A stretch of 63,895 bases of DNA from Nemertoderma westbladi (Eukaryota > Animalia > Xenacoelomorpha). Below the pieces are notes generated by a model. That model did no database searches. It was not told where the DNA came from and was given only the letters and a program-made list of their open reading frames with translations. Location: positions 1-63,895 of the forward strand of contig JAUCBJ010002602.1 of assembly GCA_032718475.1 (NCBI GenBank), in the 5' to 3' direction. The position numbers were made by a program, and so were the translations under genes. Positions 61,791-63,895 of this stretch are shown piece after piece (position 1 is the first letter of the stretch; each line of letters begins with the position of its first letter).

Positions 61791-63450
61791 TTTTATTATT
61801 ATTATTAATCGACAACAAGCATACGTATATGTTATTGTTGAATTGCACATTAACTATAATCGTGCTAGCAATCGCTCCCTTACGGCAAATGCTTTACTCA
61901 GATATAAAGCTAAGTTTTTTAAATCTGGTTTGCGCCGTAGTAATGCCTTAAACTTATATACCGATGGGTTTATAGTGTAATATTGCCGTAAATAAGTTTG
62001 CCTTATATTTGAGTAAGCAGGACACACAAGCAGACTCAAGTTACAAATTTTACACACCCGATCCTGTACAGCTCTGTGATCCCAACGACCAACTTCAATC
62101 TCTAAGTTGTGGGACGAGCACCGAAACCTTGCGAGGGTTTGACGTAAGCCATTATTGTCCTTTAATAAATGTAGATATTCTTCTGTTCCGAATTTATTTT
62201 TAACGTAATATTGTCCTTTGGAAGAGTTTGATATATCAGCCCACCACCCTTGTATGAATTGATCCATTAAAACTACCCTTACGTTATTTAAGAATAATTT
62301 GGCATCCCCAACATTTTGAGACTCCCATGCCCAACTTTGGCCCAGGCCATTTAATACATCCCTTACCATTGAAACCCAGTTTGTCGCTGACCCCTGCAGT
62401 GCATCCTCGTAAAGTACCTGATACATACGTTTAGTCAGTCTCGTCTCCGGGAGAGTCAAAGTTCTTACCCAAAATTTTACAATTGTCAGCTTTCGTGAAA
62501 CTGAAAGCGGCACAGCCCCAGTTTCCCCGTAGACGGCAAAATCAGGAGTGCTCCGTTTTACTCCAAGTAGGCGTTTCAAAAAAGCTAAATGAACACGCTC
62601 AATTGCCGGAGCAGAATGAAATCCCCAAACATCGGCACCGTAACTTAAAATTGGCGCAATCAATATCGAGAATAGCTTGTACTTCAATGCAAATGACAAA
62701 TTTGGAAATTTAATAAAATACCTATAGAGCGAGAATAAACCCTTTTCAGCCTTTTGCGCCAGTATTCTTTGGGCGCATGCAAATTTACCTGTAAATGACA
62801 AGGTGATTCCCAGATAATTGTATTGTGAGACAACACCAACACTCTCCCCTTTATAAAACCATTTGTCTCCTCTCGCCAATGAACCCCCTCTCCGAAAAAC
62901 TACGACATTTGTTTTGTCCAGATTAACCCGTAGGCCCCAATACTCTGAATAAGCCCCTAAGATATCAAAAGATCTCTGTAAGTCCGATCCTGTGGTGGCT
63001 ATTAGTACCAGATCGTCCGCGTAAAGTAATAGAAATAGCTGCAAGTGGGATAGGGTGATACCATTCACACCGCCAAGTCTCAGCTCAGCCTCCAGGTCAT
63101 TGAGAAAAAGAATAAAAAGTACCGGGGACAAACATTCCCCTTGCAATACGCCCAAAAAGCAGTCATACGCCTCAGATATGCCCCCATTCCATTTCACTCG
63201 CGACTTCACACTTTCATAGAGACTCTTAATAACCTGAAATATCTTTCCTGAAAATCCAAGGCAATTGAGTTTCACCCATAGAGCATCGCGTTCCACACGG
63301 TCAAATGCCTTTTGAAAATCTATAAATCCGCAATACAGTTTATTACCATGAGACGTGAGATAATTTATCAACCCACTTAACACAAACAAATGGTCTGTTG
63401 TTCTGTAGCCTGCACGAAAAGCAGCCTGGGAGTCGTTTAACACCTGAAAA
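61791..63450 (-). mobile_element. 5'-truncated RTE-X LINE
   Basis: FIDFQKAFD, GVLQGECLSP, LLYADD, VYGETG and RCSSHNLEIEVGRW motifs; C-terminal Cys motif partly deleted; (TAA)n tail. Confidence 0.9.
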
Positions 63451-63529
63451 CCGCGCACGAAAAAGTCGCGCACGGATTGGTTTCGACTAGTGTAGTGAAT
63501 CAAATACTTGTCATAGACTAAAAAGCGAT

Positions 63530-63895
63530 TTATTATCTAGAAGACATCGTCTGATTGCTGTTAAGTCCGAACGAATTGCAGTGTGTGTAGAGCATTTGTC
63601 CGATTAAGTACGGTTAGGAAGTAGGGGCAGCCACGCTGTAAGGTAAACCCCCAACTAAAGAATAAGTCGCACTACTGGGTTAGAGCGCGTACTCCCTAAT
63701 CATTTCGGAGTCTGCATGTCCTGTAGTTTATTTAGGCTTGAGAGTAGTCTGCCATCGTTTAGTCTGTACTTTGTTTGTGTAAGTCTGTACGGGTAGCGTA
63801 TAATTTTATTTAAATAATTTGTAGGCTGGATAGTTGTCTGGCTGTTATTAAGTCTGAACGGATTGCTGCGTGTGTAGATCATCTGTCCGATTAAG
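63530..63895 (+). mobile_element. Leader fragment of an LTR element related to 31028-43122, in opposite orientation
   Basis: Reverse complement aligns with the 40930-41470 repeat (CGACTTATTCTTTA, CCTTACAGC..GGCTGCCCC, CAAGCCTAAATAAACTACAG). A second unit begins ~290 bp on. Confidence 0.75.

Overview
AT-rich animal (most likely invertebrate) nuclear DNA dominated by nested transposable elements. Two host genes are visible on the + strand: an almost intronless integrin alpha subunit (2 coding exons, about 1104 aa, laminin-receptor PS1/alpha3-6-7-like tail) and the first three exons of a secreted beta/gamma-crystallin-domain protein. LTR retroelements: a young intact GC-rich Gypsy (19860-24860); a young but mutated BEL/Pao (48186-54718); and a 12.1 kb non-autonomous BEL/Pao derivative (31028-43122). 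The last keeps gag-protease, has lost RT and integrase by in-frame deletions, carries an extra triple zinc-knuckle ORF and has no tRNA primer-binding site. Non-LTR elements: RTE and RTE-X fragments, a tRNA-derived SINE, and an apparently 5'-inverted LINE whose putative ORF1 has Ser/Thr repeats and a Ulp1/SENP-like protease domain. DNA elements: a Helitron with a ~147 bp CTCF-motif satellite, a probable CACTA remnant, and hAT, MULE and Tc1/mariner-like MITEs, two with minisatellite expansions. All calls come from manual reading; no database searches were run.
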